A DNA stretch of 54,549 bases from a virus (Duplodnaviria > Caudoviricetes), in IMG/VR virus record IMGVR_UViG_3300020193_000029, positions 1 through 54,549 of that record. One strand, 5' to 3'. The number at the start of each line of letters is the position of its first letter. Positions within the stretch are counted from its first letter, which is position 1. The position numbers and the translations under genes are program-made. The notes under the pieces were generated by a model, which saw only the letters and a list, made by a program, of their open reading frames with translations, searched no databases and was not told the DNA's origin. This document shows, piece after piece, positions 38,903 through 47,748 of this stretch.

Positions 38903-38919
38903 TCATAACAGTGTTATGA
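38903..38919. promoter_or_regulatory. Palindromic box (TCATAACAGTGTTATGA)
   Basis: Perfect copy upstream of the leftward gene 38262-38759. Confidence 0.85.
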
Positions 38920-39195
38920 CCACCTAGTGGACAAGGCAACTCTGGTGCAGAGTCGCCCAGGTGCTACCCCTACCCGTCAAAGAAATCACCGCAGCGCGTC
39001 GCGCCTACCCCCGCCACCCCCCCTGTGCGCGCACGGTACCCGCGCGCGACACATACACTGTTCCCCTCATCCGATTTCCTATTTTCGACCCCACCCCCGT
39101 CTCTTTTTTACCACACCGTTTTTCTCGCCAAGTTCTCCCCTTATTTTTTTTCTAGGAGTCCCTAGGGAACCCCTGGCTCCGTGGGCAGTACTACC

Positions 39196-39215
39196 TGTGG
39201 ATAAACTGTGGATAA
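39196..39215. promoter_or_regulatory. Two tandem DnaA-box matches (TGTGGATAA x2)
   Basis: TGTGGATAA-AC-TGTGGATAA, the reverse complement of consensus TTATCCACA, followed by AT-rich DNA. Confidence 0.6.
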
Positions 39216-39556
39216 CTTAGATTTGTCAATACACTGCCCGTCTATACATCGACCTCGATTTTGTTACAGCGCGTTGTAACATTTAAAAATAACTTTGTTT
39301 TCTCATAACTATATGTAAATCCTAGTTTTTTACACCCCCAAAATACCCCTTGTTTTTCTTGTCAAGTAGGGGTACATTGTTAAAATCGGGGGTAACTCCC
39401 TTTAAGTACTTACCTAGATAGGATTATTTTAGGCTTAGGTACTCCCCTCGGGCTTTTTTTTGGAAAAGCCCTCGGGACCTAGTGTTACGTAGGTCCTTGC
39501 TAGTTCTTACTACCCTATGTTTTACGTAGAACGCGCGCGGCTTACTAGAGAACAGA

Positions 39557-41065
39557 TTGATTAAGTTTTCCCCTGAATCCTTGAAGTCCATGCTGGGGGG
39601 TTTCTCTGCTCAAGAGAAAGCCGAGTTATTAACCCTTCTGGAAGAATGGGAAAAAGCCAAGGAACGAGAATCCTCTCAGAGGCAGTTCATTCCGTTCGTG
39701 AAGACCTTGTGGCCGGCTTTCATCGAAGGTGAGCATCACCTGATCATGGCCAAGGCTTTCGAGAAAGTGGCTCGGGGTGAGTGCAAGCGCATGATCATCA
39801 ACATTGCGCCTCGTCACACCAAGTCTGAGTTTGCCTCCTACATGCTTCCAGCGTGGTTCCTAGGGAACTACCCGAACAAGAAGGTCATTCAGTGTAGCCA
39901 TACCGCAGAGTTGGCAGTGGGGTTTGGACGCAAGGTGCGTAACCTCGTCGCCTCTGAGGACTACCGCAAGATCTTTCCAGATGTCGCCTTGCAGCAAGAT
40001 TCCAAAGCTGCAGGACGGTGGAGTACTAACCAGAATGGGGAGTATTTCGCCATCGGTGTAGGCGGTGCGGTAACTGGTAAAGGTGCGGATCTGCTCATCA
40101 TCGATGATCCGCATTCCGAACAGGAAGCCGCCCTGGGTGATCCTTCGGTCTACAACAAGACCTATGAATGGTACACCTCCGGTCCTCGGCAGCGTTTGCA
40201 GCCAGGAGGGGCAATCATCGTTGTAATGACCCGCTGGCATCAGCGAGATCTGACCGGCAGGGTTTTAAAGTCCTCGATTGAGCGAGGCGGCACTGATGAA
40301 TGGGAGGTCATTGAACTTCCCGCCATCTTGCCTTCAGGCAATCCTCTGTGGCCTGAGTTCTGGTCGCAAAAAGAGCTTGAAGCGATTAGAGCTGAACTGC
40401 CCGTTGCCAAGTGGTCAGCGCAGTACCAGCAAAATCCAACTGCCGAAGAAGGGGCGTTGGTTAAGCGTGAGTGGTGGCGAATCTGGGACAAAGAATCCCC
40501 GCCTGTGTGTGATTTTATTATTCAGTCCTGGGACACTGCCTTCACCAAGAAGCAAACCTCGGACTACTCCGCCTGTACCACCTGGGGTGTCTTTAAGCAC
40601 CCCACGCCAGAAACAGGGGTGCTAGGAACGCATATCATTCTGCTCGATGCATACAAAGAGCGAATGGAGTTCCCAGAGCTTAAGCGCAAGGCTTACGAGA
40701 TGTATGAGCAGTACCGACCCGATGCGTTTATCGTTGAAGCTAAAGCCGCTGGCGCGCCTCTGATTTATGAACTTCGCGCAATGGGGATTCCTGTAGCCGA
40801 GTACACCCCCTCAAGGGGGAATGACAAGGTGGCAAGAGTCAATGCGGTCAGTGATCTTTTCTCTAGCGGGAATGTCTGGTGTCCACCGACCCGTTGGGCA
40901 GAGGAAGTGGTTGAAGAGTTTGCAGCGTTCCCTAACGCCGAGCATGATGACTTGGTGGACTCGAGTACCCAAGCCCTACTGAGATTTAGGCAGGGCGGGT
41001 TTATTTCTATTGAAACCGATGAGCCGGTGTCCAGGTTACCTAGGCGTCGCTCAAACTATTATTGA
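39557..41065 (+). CDS. terL: Terminase large subunit
   Basis: IINIAPRHTKS Walker A variant, TGKGADLLIIDDP Walker B, VMTRWH, IQSWDTA..., HDD.VDS nuclease motif. Confidence 0.95.
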   Translation: MIKFSPESLKSMLGGFSAQEKAELLTLLEEWEKAKERESSQRQFIPFVKTLWPAFIEGEHHLIMAKAFEKVARGECKRMIINIAPRHTKSEFASYMLPAWFLGNYPNKKVIQCSHTAELAVGFGRKVRNLVASEDYRKIFPDVALQQDSKAAGRWSTNQNGEYFAIGVGGAVTGKGADLLIIDDPHSEQEAALGDPSVYNKTYEWYTSGPRQRLQPGGAIIVVMTRWHQRDLTGRVLKSSIERGGTDEWEVIELPAILPSGNPLWPEFWSQKELEAIRAELPVAKWSAQYQQNPTAEEGALVKREWWRIWDKESPPVCDFIIQSWDTAFTKKQTSDYSACTTWGVFKHPTPETGVLGTHIILLDAYKERMEFPELKRKAYEMYEQYRPDAFIVEAKAAGAPLIYELRAMGIPVAEYTPSRGNDKVARVNAVSDLFSSGNVWCPPTRWAEEVVEEFAAFPNAEHDDLVDSSTQALLRFRQGGFISIETDEPVSRLPRRRSNYY

Positions 41066-41075
41066 GGGTTGTAAC

Positions 41076-41381
41076 ATGCCTGCTAGCGATAAAAACCAAG
41101 GACAAAACAAAGCTGTCCCGTCGCGAAAGACTAGCGTAGAAATTATCGAAGATGCTTTATCAAAAGGTTTGAGGCCAGGAAGCTTTGCGTTTAGAGATTT
41201 TGTAGAGAATCGTGTGCCTGCCATGAAAGAACCTCCTGCTAAACCGCGTGATAAAGAGGTGCAGGCTGCGCGTTTTCCACCTATAAACCTATATCGCAAA
41301 GGCGGTTCTGTTAAGTCCTCTGCCTCGAAACGCGCTGACGGAATTGCTAAGAAAGGCAAAACTCGAGGTACGTGTAAATAA
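41076..41381 (+). CDS. Small basic protein with a KGGSV...RADGIAKKGKTRG tail (copy 1)
   Basis: Start moved to the ATG at 41076 (GAGG RBS); tail shared with the next gene. Confidence 0.65.
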   Translation: MPASDKNQGQNKAVPSRKTSVEIIEDALSKGLRPGSFAFRDFVENRVPAMKEPPAKPRDKEVQAARFPPINLYRKGGSVKSSASKRADGIAKKGKTRGTCK

Positions 41382-41957
41382 TAGATAGGAAGCTAATTCA
41401 TTGAGAGTTGTAACATGAAAGCCAATAGAGTTAGAAAATTCAATGAAGGTAAAAGTACAAGAGGCGGCGGTATAAGTAGACCTGCGGCGCTTGAACGAAG
41501 ACGGCAGCAAGAGTATTTGGAGCGTAATCCGCAGTATCGTGAACGCGAAGAAGGCTTGGAAAGCGTTTCTCCAGAAAGATTTTTAATTCCCGGCGGGGCT
41601 GCTAGAACGGGGGCAGCGGGTATGTTAGGTATGGCTGGGCGTTCTACTATTGCTAAAAAAATAAAAAGAAAATATGAACGCAATAAAGATGCTCTTGGCG
41701 AAGCAGCAGGAATGGGCGTTCTTGTCGGAGGAGGAGCCTTAGCACAGGCCGTGATCAATAGACTTCAAACTGAACAATTAGCAGAAAGGCGTGCGCGTGC
41801 TGAACGGGAACGCGCCGAAAAAGCCAAGGAAGAAAAAGATAAGTCTTCTTACCGTAAAGGTGGCTCTGTTAAGTTATCTGCCTCAAGACGCGCTGACGGA
41901 ATTGCCAAGAAAGGCAAGACCCGGGGTACGTGTAAATAATAGATAGGAAGCTAATTT
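41290..41957 (+). repeat. Imperfect ~105-bp direct repeat (about 41290-41398 and 41849-41956)
   Basis: Both copies end ...GGTACGTGTAAATAATAGATAGGAAGCTAATT. Confidence 0.9.
41415..41939 (+). CDS. Basic protein with a KGGSV...RADGIAKKGKTRG tail (copy 2)
   Basis: 174 aa; same leader and C-terminus as the previous gene. Confidence 0.7.
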   Translation: MKANRVRKFNEGKSTRGGGISRPAALERRRQQEYLERNPQYREREEGLESVSPERFLIPGGAARTGAAGMLGMAGRSTIAKKIKRKYERNKDALGEAAGMGVLVGGGALAQAVINRLQTEQLAERRARAERERAEKAKEEKDKSSYRKGGSVKLSASRRADGIAKKGKTRGTCK

Positions 41958-41958
41958 A

Positions 41959-42396
41959 ATGGCATCAGCAAAGCGCGAGATCATTGCCAATGAGATCCGC
42001 AAGTCTTACAAGAAAGGCATCAAAGCCTGCCCTGTAGCGACGCAAGATGTCAATGTCAACCTCAAGAACAGAAACCATGCCATTGAGGAATATGGCTATG
42101 GGCCACTCAATCCGAATGAACCAAGCCGCAAGTTCTGGCAGGCTAAAGCAGATATGTGGGCAGTGTCCCCTGCAGAGGCCAAGAAATCACGATGCGGAAA
42201 TTGCGCAGCTTTTATTCAGACTCCGCAGATGCTTCAATGCATTGAGAAGGGTATGGAGGCGGGTGACGAACCGCATGAAAGCAACGCCAAAGATGTGATC
42301 GAAGCATCCAATCTTGGTTACTGCGAGTTCTTTCATTTTAAGTGCGCTGGCAATAGAACATGCGATGCATGGATTGTCGGCGGACCAATCAAATAA
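41959..42396 (+). CDS. Cys-rich conserved phage protein
   Basis: CP.ATQD...N.KNR...YGP.NP...RCGNCAAF...GYC....FKCA..RTCDAW. Confidence 0.75.
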   Translation: MASAKREIIANEIRKSYKKGIKACPVATQDVNVNLKNRNHAIEEYGYGPLNPNEPSRKFWQAKADMWAVSPAEAKKSRCGNCAAFIQTPQMLQCIEKGMEAGDEPHESNAKDVIEASNLGYCEFFHFKCAGNRTCDAWIVGGPIK

Positions 42397-42404
42397 GGTA
42401 ATTC

Positions 42405-44879
42405 ATGGCCATCGACAAGGCACTGGTTCCACTCATTCCAGATGACCCTGATGCTCAAGCCGCAGAGCTTGAGATCGAGGTAATTGCCATGGGCGATGAA
42501 GCCCCGGCAATGACCATCAACGAAGATGGCAGTGTTGAGATTGATATGGGCGGTGGTGAGTCGGATGCCGACTCGGGGGATCACTATGCAAACCTTGCCG
42601 AAGTCATCGATGAGTCAGAACTTGAAAGCCTTGCCAATGAACTCGTTGGATACTACGAAGCCGACAAGAACTCCAGAAAAGACTGGGAGCAAACCTACAT
42701 CAAAGGGCTTGATCTCCTGGGACTTAAAATTGAAGATCGAACTGAACCCTGGCCGGGGGCCTGCGGAGTATTCCACCCTCTCTTAACCGAAGCCGTGGTG
42801 CGCTTCCAAGCGCAAGCCATCACTGAAATGTTTCCCGCACAGGGACCAGTTCGAGTTGTGGTGGTGGGCAAGCAGACCCAGGATAAAGATCGACAGGCTC
42901 TGCGTGTGCAGGATTACATGAATTATCTTCTTACCGAGAAGATGACTGAGTATCGATCTGAAACCGAAAAGATGTTGTTCTCACTGGCTTTGGCAGGCAG
43001 TGCTTTCCGCAAAGTCTATTACGACCCGCAGCTTAAGCGTCCGGTTTCAATGTTTGTCCCGGCTGAAGATCTCGTAGTCTCATACGGTGTTAGCGATCTT
43101 GAAACCGCAGAGCGTGTCTCGCATGTGATGCGTAAAGCGAAAAACGATATCCGAAAGCTTCAAGTAGGCGGGTTCTATCGCGATGTATATCTTGGTGATC
43201 CGCAAGATGACATCAGCCAGATCAGAGAAAAGGAAGATAAGCTCTCTGGAGTCTCGGCAAGTTATGAAAGCGACAACCGTTACACCCTTATCGAAATGAT
43301 GGTTGACCTCGACCTGCCCGGGTTCGAGGACATGAAAGATGGTGAGCCAACGGGTATCGCGTTGCCCTATGTCGTGACTGTCGATAAAGGGTCGCGCAAG
43401 GTTCTCGCTATTCGCAAGAACTGGAATGAAGAAGATCCAGAGAAAAAGAAGCGAGATCATTTTGTTCATTACCGCTACCTCCCGGGAATGGGCTTCTATG
43501 CTTTCGGCTTGATCCATCTGATTGGTGGACTAGCAAAAAGTGCAACGAGTATTCTTCGGCAGTTGGTCGATGCGGGAACCCTATCAAATCTCCCGGGCGG
43601 CTTGAAAGCCAGAGGTCTTCGCATTAAAGGCGACGACACGCCAATTGCTCCAGGTGAGTTCCGCGATGTCGATGTCCCGGGAGGCAGCATCCGCGACAAC
43701 ATTACGTTCCTGCCTTACAAGGAACCCTCGGCAGTGCTTTATACGCTGCTGAATAACATCGTCGAGGAAGGTCGTCGCTTTGCTTCCTTGGCCGATATGA
43801 AGGTAGCGGATATGAACGCCGAAGCCCCAGTCGGCACGACGCTTGCCATTTTGGAACGCACCATGAAAGTGATGAGTGCCATCCAAGCAAGACTTCATGC
43901 CTCGCTTCGGCAAGAACTCAAGTTGCTCTCGGGTGTGATCCGCGACTACGACGAACCGGTATACCCCTATGAGACCCCGGGTGGGGAAGATGTCAAATCG
44001 CAAGATTTTGATGATCGAGTAGATGTCATCCCGGTCAGTGACCCTAATGCTAATAGCATGGCTCAACGCATTATGCAGAGCCAAGCAGCGCTGCAGTTAT
44101 CGATATCTGCCCCGCAGATCTATGACATGAAGGTTCTCCACCGCCAGATGCTTGAGAGCATGGGCGTTAAGAACGTCGATGAGATTATTAAACCTGATGA
44201 TGGTGAAACTCCGGCTGATCCAGTTCAGGAAAACATGAACGCCATTAACCTTAAACCGATTAAGGCGTTTAGCTACCAAGATCATGACGCGCACATTACT
44301 GCGCATATGACCTTTATGCAAAGTCCTGCATTTATGGGGCTTGAGAAAACCCCGATGTTCCCTGCCATTTCTTCTGCGATGGATGCGCATATTCGCGAAC
44401 ACATCGCCTTTCAGTACAGGCAGAGGGTTGAGCAAGAGATGGGTATTCCGCTTCCGCCCGATGAGGAGATCCTGCCAAAGGATATCGAGAAGCGCATTAG
44501 CGGCTTGATTGCTGCCGCATCGACTCAAGTCCTCAACAAGGAAACGGCAGAAATGCAGGCTCAGAAAAACATGGCTGCGATGCAAGATCCCATCGTTCAA
44601 CAGAAAGAGAAGGAATTGCAGATCCGCGCTATGCAAGCGCAAAACAAGATGCAAGTGGATATGGCAAAACTTCAGCTGGACGCTCAGAAGTCCAGGGCAA
44701 AGGATGCCATCGAGATCGAGCGAATCAATGCCCAAGAGAGAATGGCTCAGCAAGCGGTCCAGCAACGTATTCTGGATACCGCCATTGATGCCCAGATTGA
44801 GCAGGCAAAGATCGACTCGCAAGAACTTCAGAAGGGGGTCGACATTGGCTTTCAGGCGGCTAGAAACCGCAGGGAGTAA
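42405..44879 (+). CDS. Portal protein
   Basis: 824 aa after terL; SR.DWE..Y..GL.LLG...PW.GA.GV.HP.L.EA..RFQA, LRQLVDAGTLSNLPGG and a Gln-rich barrel tail. Confidence 0.9.
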   Translation: MAIDKALVPLIPDDPDAQAAELEIEVIAMGDEAPAMTINEDGSVEIDMGGGESDADSGDHYANLAEVIDESELESLANELVGYYEADKNSRKDWEQTYIKGLDLLGLKIEDRTEPWPGACGVFHPLLTEAVVRFQAQAITEMFPAQGPVRVVVVGKQTQDKDRQALRVQDYMNYLLTEKMTEYRSETEKMLFSLALAGSAFRKVYYDPQLKRPVSMFVPAEDLVVSYGVSDLETAERVSHVMRKAKNDIRKLQVGGFYRDVYLGDPQDDISQIREKEDKLSGVSASYESDNRYTLIEMMVDLDLPGFEDMKDGEPTGIALPYVVTVDKGSRKVLAIRKNWNEEDPEKKKRDHFVHYRYLPGMGFYAFGLIHLIGGLAKSATSILRQLVDAGTLSNLPGGLKARGLRIKGDDTPIAPGEFRDVDVPGGSIRDNITFLPYKEPSAVLYTLLNNIVEEGRRFASLADMKVADMNAEAPVGTTLAILERTMKVMSAIQARLHASLRQELKLLSGVIRDYDEPVYPYETPGGEDVKSQDFDDRVDVIPVSDPNANSMAQRIMQSQAALQLSISAPQIYDMKVLHRQMLESMGVKNVDEIIKPDDGETPADPVQENMNAINLKPIKAFSYQDHDAHITAHMTFMQSPAFMGLEKTPMFPAISSAMDAHIREHIAFQYRQRVEQEMGIPLPPDEEILPKDIEKRISGLIAAASTQVLNKETAEMQAQKNMAAMQDPIVQQKEKELQIRAMQAQNKMQVDMAKLQLDAQKSRAKDAIEIERINAQERMAQQAVQQRILDTAIDAQIEQAKIDSQELQKGVDIGFQAARNRRE

Positions 44880-44882
44880 CCC

Positions 44883-45083
44883 TTGGCTCTGATGCATGAA
44901 GACCAGGCTTTAGCCTATTTAAGAGAGAACATCCGACGGGTCATGAATGAGTACGCCGATAACGTCGCCACAGGCTCCTGTAGCGACTTTGCCGAGTACA
45001 AGCGACTCTGTGGGGTCATCGAAGGATTGGCCCTCGCTGAGCGTGAATTGCTTGACCTGAAAGAAAAACTTGAAAATAGGTAA
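44883..45083 (+). CDS. Conserved small head-region protein
   Basis: G...DFAEYK.LCG.I.GL..AE pattern between portal and GroES. Confidence 0.7.
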   Translation: MALMHEDQALAYLRENIRRVMNEYADNVATGSCSDFAEYKRLCGVIEGLALAERELLDLKEKLENR

Positions 45084-45098
45084 ATACCTGTACTAATC

Positions 45099-45136
45099 TG
45101 TGGATATCTTGTAGATATCTTGTAGATATCTACAAG
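45099..45136. repeat. 11-bp tandem repeat TGTRGATATCT x3 ending in an 18-bp palindrome
   Basis: TGTGGATATCT TGTAGATATCT TGTAGATATCT ACAAG; CTTGTAGATATCTACAAG is self-complementary. Confidence 0.85.
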
Positions 45137-45171
45137 CACTCGCGGAAATCCGCGCACACAATGAGGTCTAA

Positions 45172-45567
45172 ATGACAACCATTGCACTAGTGAACCCGCT
45201 GCCTGCAGCGGAAACGGAAAAGGCTGCTAAAAAGCCTTCTCAACTACCTAAGCCAAAGGGGTTCAAGCTCCTTATTGCGCTACCGGAAGTGGATGAGAAG
45301 ACCGAAGGTGGCATTCTTAAAGCCTCTGAAACAATCCGAAACGAATCCGTCGCGACCGTTGTGGGATTTGTCCTCAAACTAGGACCCGATGCCTACAAAG
45401 ACGAAAAGAGATTCCCGAACGGCCCATATTGCCAAGAGGGAGATTGGGTTATCTTTCGGGCATATAGCGGAACTCGAGTGAAAATTTACGAAAAAGAGTT
45501 TCGGCTGATCAATGATGACACCGTAGAAGCGGTAATTGATGATCCAAGAGGCGTTGAACGAGTATGA
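45172..45567 (+). CDS. groES: Co-chaperonin GroES (Cpn10)-like protein
   Basis: P.G..LLI.....EKTEGGIL...G.V..LGP...GDWV.F..YSGT......E.RLINDD.VEAV. Confidence 0.88.
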   Translation: MTTIALVNPLPAAETEKAAKKPSQLPKPKGFKLLIALPEVDEKTEGGILKASETIRNESVATVVGFVLKLGPDAYKDEKRFPNGPYCQEGDWVIFRAYSGTRVKIYEKEFRLINDDTVEAVIDDPRGVERV

Positions 45568-46664
45568 GCGAACAAGAAAATGAGATTGAGAACTCAGTGG
45601 CAGACTCCGATGCCAGCGAAGCCAGCTTCGGAACCTCTGAAGAAACAAAATTCTTCGGGATTAAAACCCAAATCCTCCCAAAAGCAGGAGAACAATCTGC
45701 AGAAGGTGAGGAATTCAGCATTGAGGTCATTGATCCTCAAAAATCAAAAGACCGTAAACCGAAGAAATCAGAGTCGGTAAACACCAAAGAAGAATCCGAT
45801 GGTGATTCCGAAGTTGAAAACTATAGTGCGCGGGTTAAAAAACGAATTGATAAGTTAAAGTATGAGTTTCATGAGGAACGACGGCATCGAGAAGAAGCGG
45901 CAAAGCTTCGTGATGAGGCAGTCACTTACGCTCAGCGTATTCAGGAAGAAAACAAGCGTCTGACCGGCCTGCTTTCTGAAAACCAAAAACTTATTCAGCA
46001 ACAAGTGACAGAAAGAGCCAAGGCTGTTTCTCAGATTGCCGAGAATGAATTTCGGCGCGCGCATGAATCTGGTGATACCGATGCGATCGTCAAGGCTCAG
46101 CAGAAACTGACCCAAGCGCAACTAGCTGAAGCATCCGCTCCTGCCTACGCCAACCAAATGGCAAGGCAGTTACAGGCGGCTAAAGCGGAAGCGGCTGCTC
46201 AAGTTCCTCAACAGGATTACCTTAAGCAGGCTGCTCAAGTGGCTCCGAAGCCTGATGCAAAGGCAGCTAAATGGCAAGCAGAGAATCCTTGGTTTGGTAA
46301 AGATCCCGAGATGACTAGCCTTGCTTATGGCATTCATCAGCGGTTAATTGGCGAAAAAGGAAATGATTTTGCCTCGTCAGATGAATACTACGAGACAATC
46401 AACAAGCGAATACGTCAGGTATTTCCTGACCGCTTTGCGGAGGATGATGCACTGGATGAAGTGGATACCGAAGAGGTTGAAGCTAAGCCAGTGCGCACTG
46501 CGACTCCGCGAAGAGTACCCGTCGTGGCTCCAGCCAAAAGAATGGCTGGGTCAGCCCCGCGCAAAGTGCAGTTGACGGCCACTCAAGTTGCCCTCGCCAA
46601 GCGACTTGGATTAACTCCCCAACAGTATGCCTCACAATTAATGAAGGAGATGGGCAATGGCTAA
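45564..46664 (+). CDS. Putative scaffolding protein
   Basis: Acidic N-terminus, YS.RVKKRI.KL coiled coil, W...NPWFG, V.LT..QV..AKRLG.....YA; upstream of the capsid genes. Confidence 0.75.
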   Translation: MSEQENEIENSVADSDASEASFGTSEETKFFGIKTQILPKAGEQSAEGEEFSIEVIDPQKSKDRKPKKSESVNTKEESDGDSEVENYSARVKKRIDKLKYEFHEERRHREEAAKLRDEAVTYAQRIQEENKRLTGLLSENQKLIQQQVTERAKAVSQIAENEFRRAHESGDTDAIVKAQQKLTQAQLAEASAPAYANQMARQLQAAKAEAAAQVPQQDYLKQAAQVAPKPDAKAAKWQAENPWFGKDPEMTSLAYGIHQRLIGEKGNDFASSDEYYETINKRIRQVFPDRFAEDDALDEVDTEEVEAKPVRTATPRRVPVVAPAKRMAGSAPRKVQLTATQVALAKRLGLTPQQYASQLMKEMGNG

Positions 46665-47115
46665 TGTGCGCAAACCTCGCGAAATAGACACTCGTGTCAA
46701 TGAAACTAGGACTCAAAGTTGGAAACCGCCTTCGGTTCTTCCCGATCCTCTTCCCCAGGATGGCTGGGTCTTTAGATGGATTCGGACTTCCTCACTTGGT
46801 AACGCAGATAACAAGAATGCGTCCATGCGTCTTAGAGAAGGGTGGGAGCCGGTAAGAGCGGAGGATCACCCAGAGTTAATGATTATGTCAGATCATAATT
46901 CTGAGTGGGCCAAGCGTGGTGGTATTGAAGTCGGCGGACTCTTGCTTTGCAAGATGCCGGTAGAAAAGTCCCAAGCTCGCCAAAAGTTTTATGAACAGAA
47001 GGCAGAGCAACAGGTCAACTCTATTGACAACAATTACCTTCGCGAAAGCGATCCACGTATGCCAATGCTGAAGCCAGATCGTAAGACGAGAGTTACGTTT
47101 GGTAGCGGAAGTTAA
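46657..47115 (+). CDS. Conserved head-region protein
   Basis: W.PP..LP.P....GW.FRWIR...LREGWEPV...GGLLLCK.P pattern. Confidence 0.75.
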   Translation: MANVRKPREIDTRVNETRTQSWKPPSVLPDPLPQDGWVFRWIRTSSLGNADNKNASMRLREGWEPVRAEDHPELMIMSDHNSEWAKRGGIEVGGLLLCKMPVEKSQARQKFYEQKAEQQVNSIDNNYLRESDPRMPMLKPDRKTRVTFGSGS

Positions 47116-47160
47116 GGATTTCCCTTGACGACCGCCTTTTAACTTATAGGAGTATCAAGT

Positions 47161-47733
47161 ATGTCAAGCACTGCAACCCCTTATGGGATGCGGCCTGTCG
47201 GCGTTCTTGGTGGTCGTCCAGATAACAACGCTTTCAACAGCTACAAGATTGCTAGCGGCTATGCTTCTAACATCTTCTATGGTGACGTTGTAAAGATTGT
47301 TTCTACCGGTGTAGTGGAAAAAGATACCGGAACGTCCACTTTAACCCCGATTGGTGTTTTTGTGGGTTGCCGTTACACGAACCCGACAACGAAGGAACTC
47401 AATTTTGCTCAATACTGGCCGACCGGTACTGTGGCTTCTGATGCGTTGGCCTACGTTGTTGATGATCCGTGGGCGGTATTTCAAATCCAGTCTGACGAGA
47501 CTCTCGCTCAGACGGCCCTTGGTAACAATGCGGCCATCGTTCAAACGTCTGGCTCTACCGCTATCGGTAACAGCAAGAACGCTTTGGACGGTTCAACCAT
47601 TAACACGACTAGTACGCTTCCATTGCGTATTGTTGCGTTTGTGGATGGTCCCAGCAGCGCGGTTGGCGATGCGTTTACTGATGTAATTGTTAAGTTTAAC
47701 AATCACCAGTTTACCACCGCGACTGGCGTTTAA
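47161..47733 (+). CDS. Putative capsid decoration / cement protein
   Basis: Beta-rich 190 aa (PYG.RP...IF.GD.V...GVF.GC.Y...V.DDP) directly upstream of the major capsid gene. Confidence 0.65.
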   Translation: MSSTATPYGMRPVGVLGGRPDNNAFNSYKIASGYASNIFYGDVVKIVSTGVVEKDTGTSTLTPIGVFVGCRYTNPTTKELNFAQYWPTGTVASDALAYVVDDPWAVFQIQSDETLAQTALGNNAAIVQTSGSTAIGNSKNALDGSTINTTSTLPLRIVAFVDGPSSAVGDAFTDVIVKFNNHQFTTATGV

Positions 47734-47748
47734 TAGGAGTAACTAGCA

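Noticed and set aside
34345-38919. Repeated palindromes as a CRISPR array
   Set aside because: Copies are 17 bp and spaced irregularly by about 0.1-1.4 kb of coding DNA, not by 30-40-bp spacers. There is no cas operon; the Cas4-like nuclease sits with Sak and SSB as a recombination exonuclease.
38927-39220. 97-aa ORF in the terS-terL interval
   Set aside because: Low-complexity Pro/Phe translation of homopolymer runs with no RBS; more likely non-coding.
39359-39386. Possible late promoter TTGTCA-N16-TAAAAT upstream of terL
   Set aside because: Imperfect -35 and 16-bp spacing in AT-rich DNA; too weak to call without transcription-start data.
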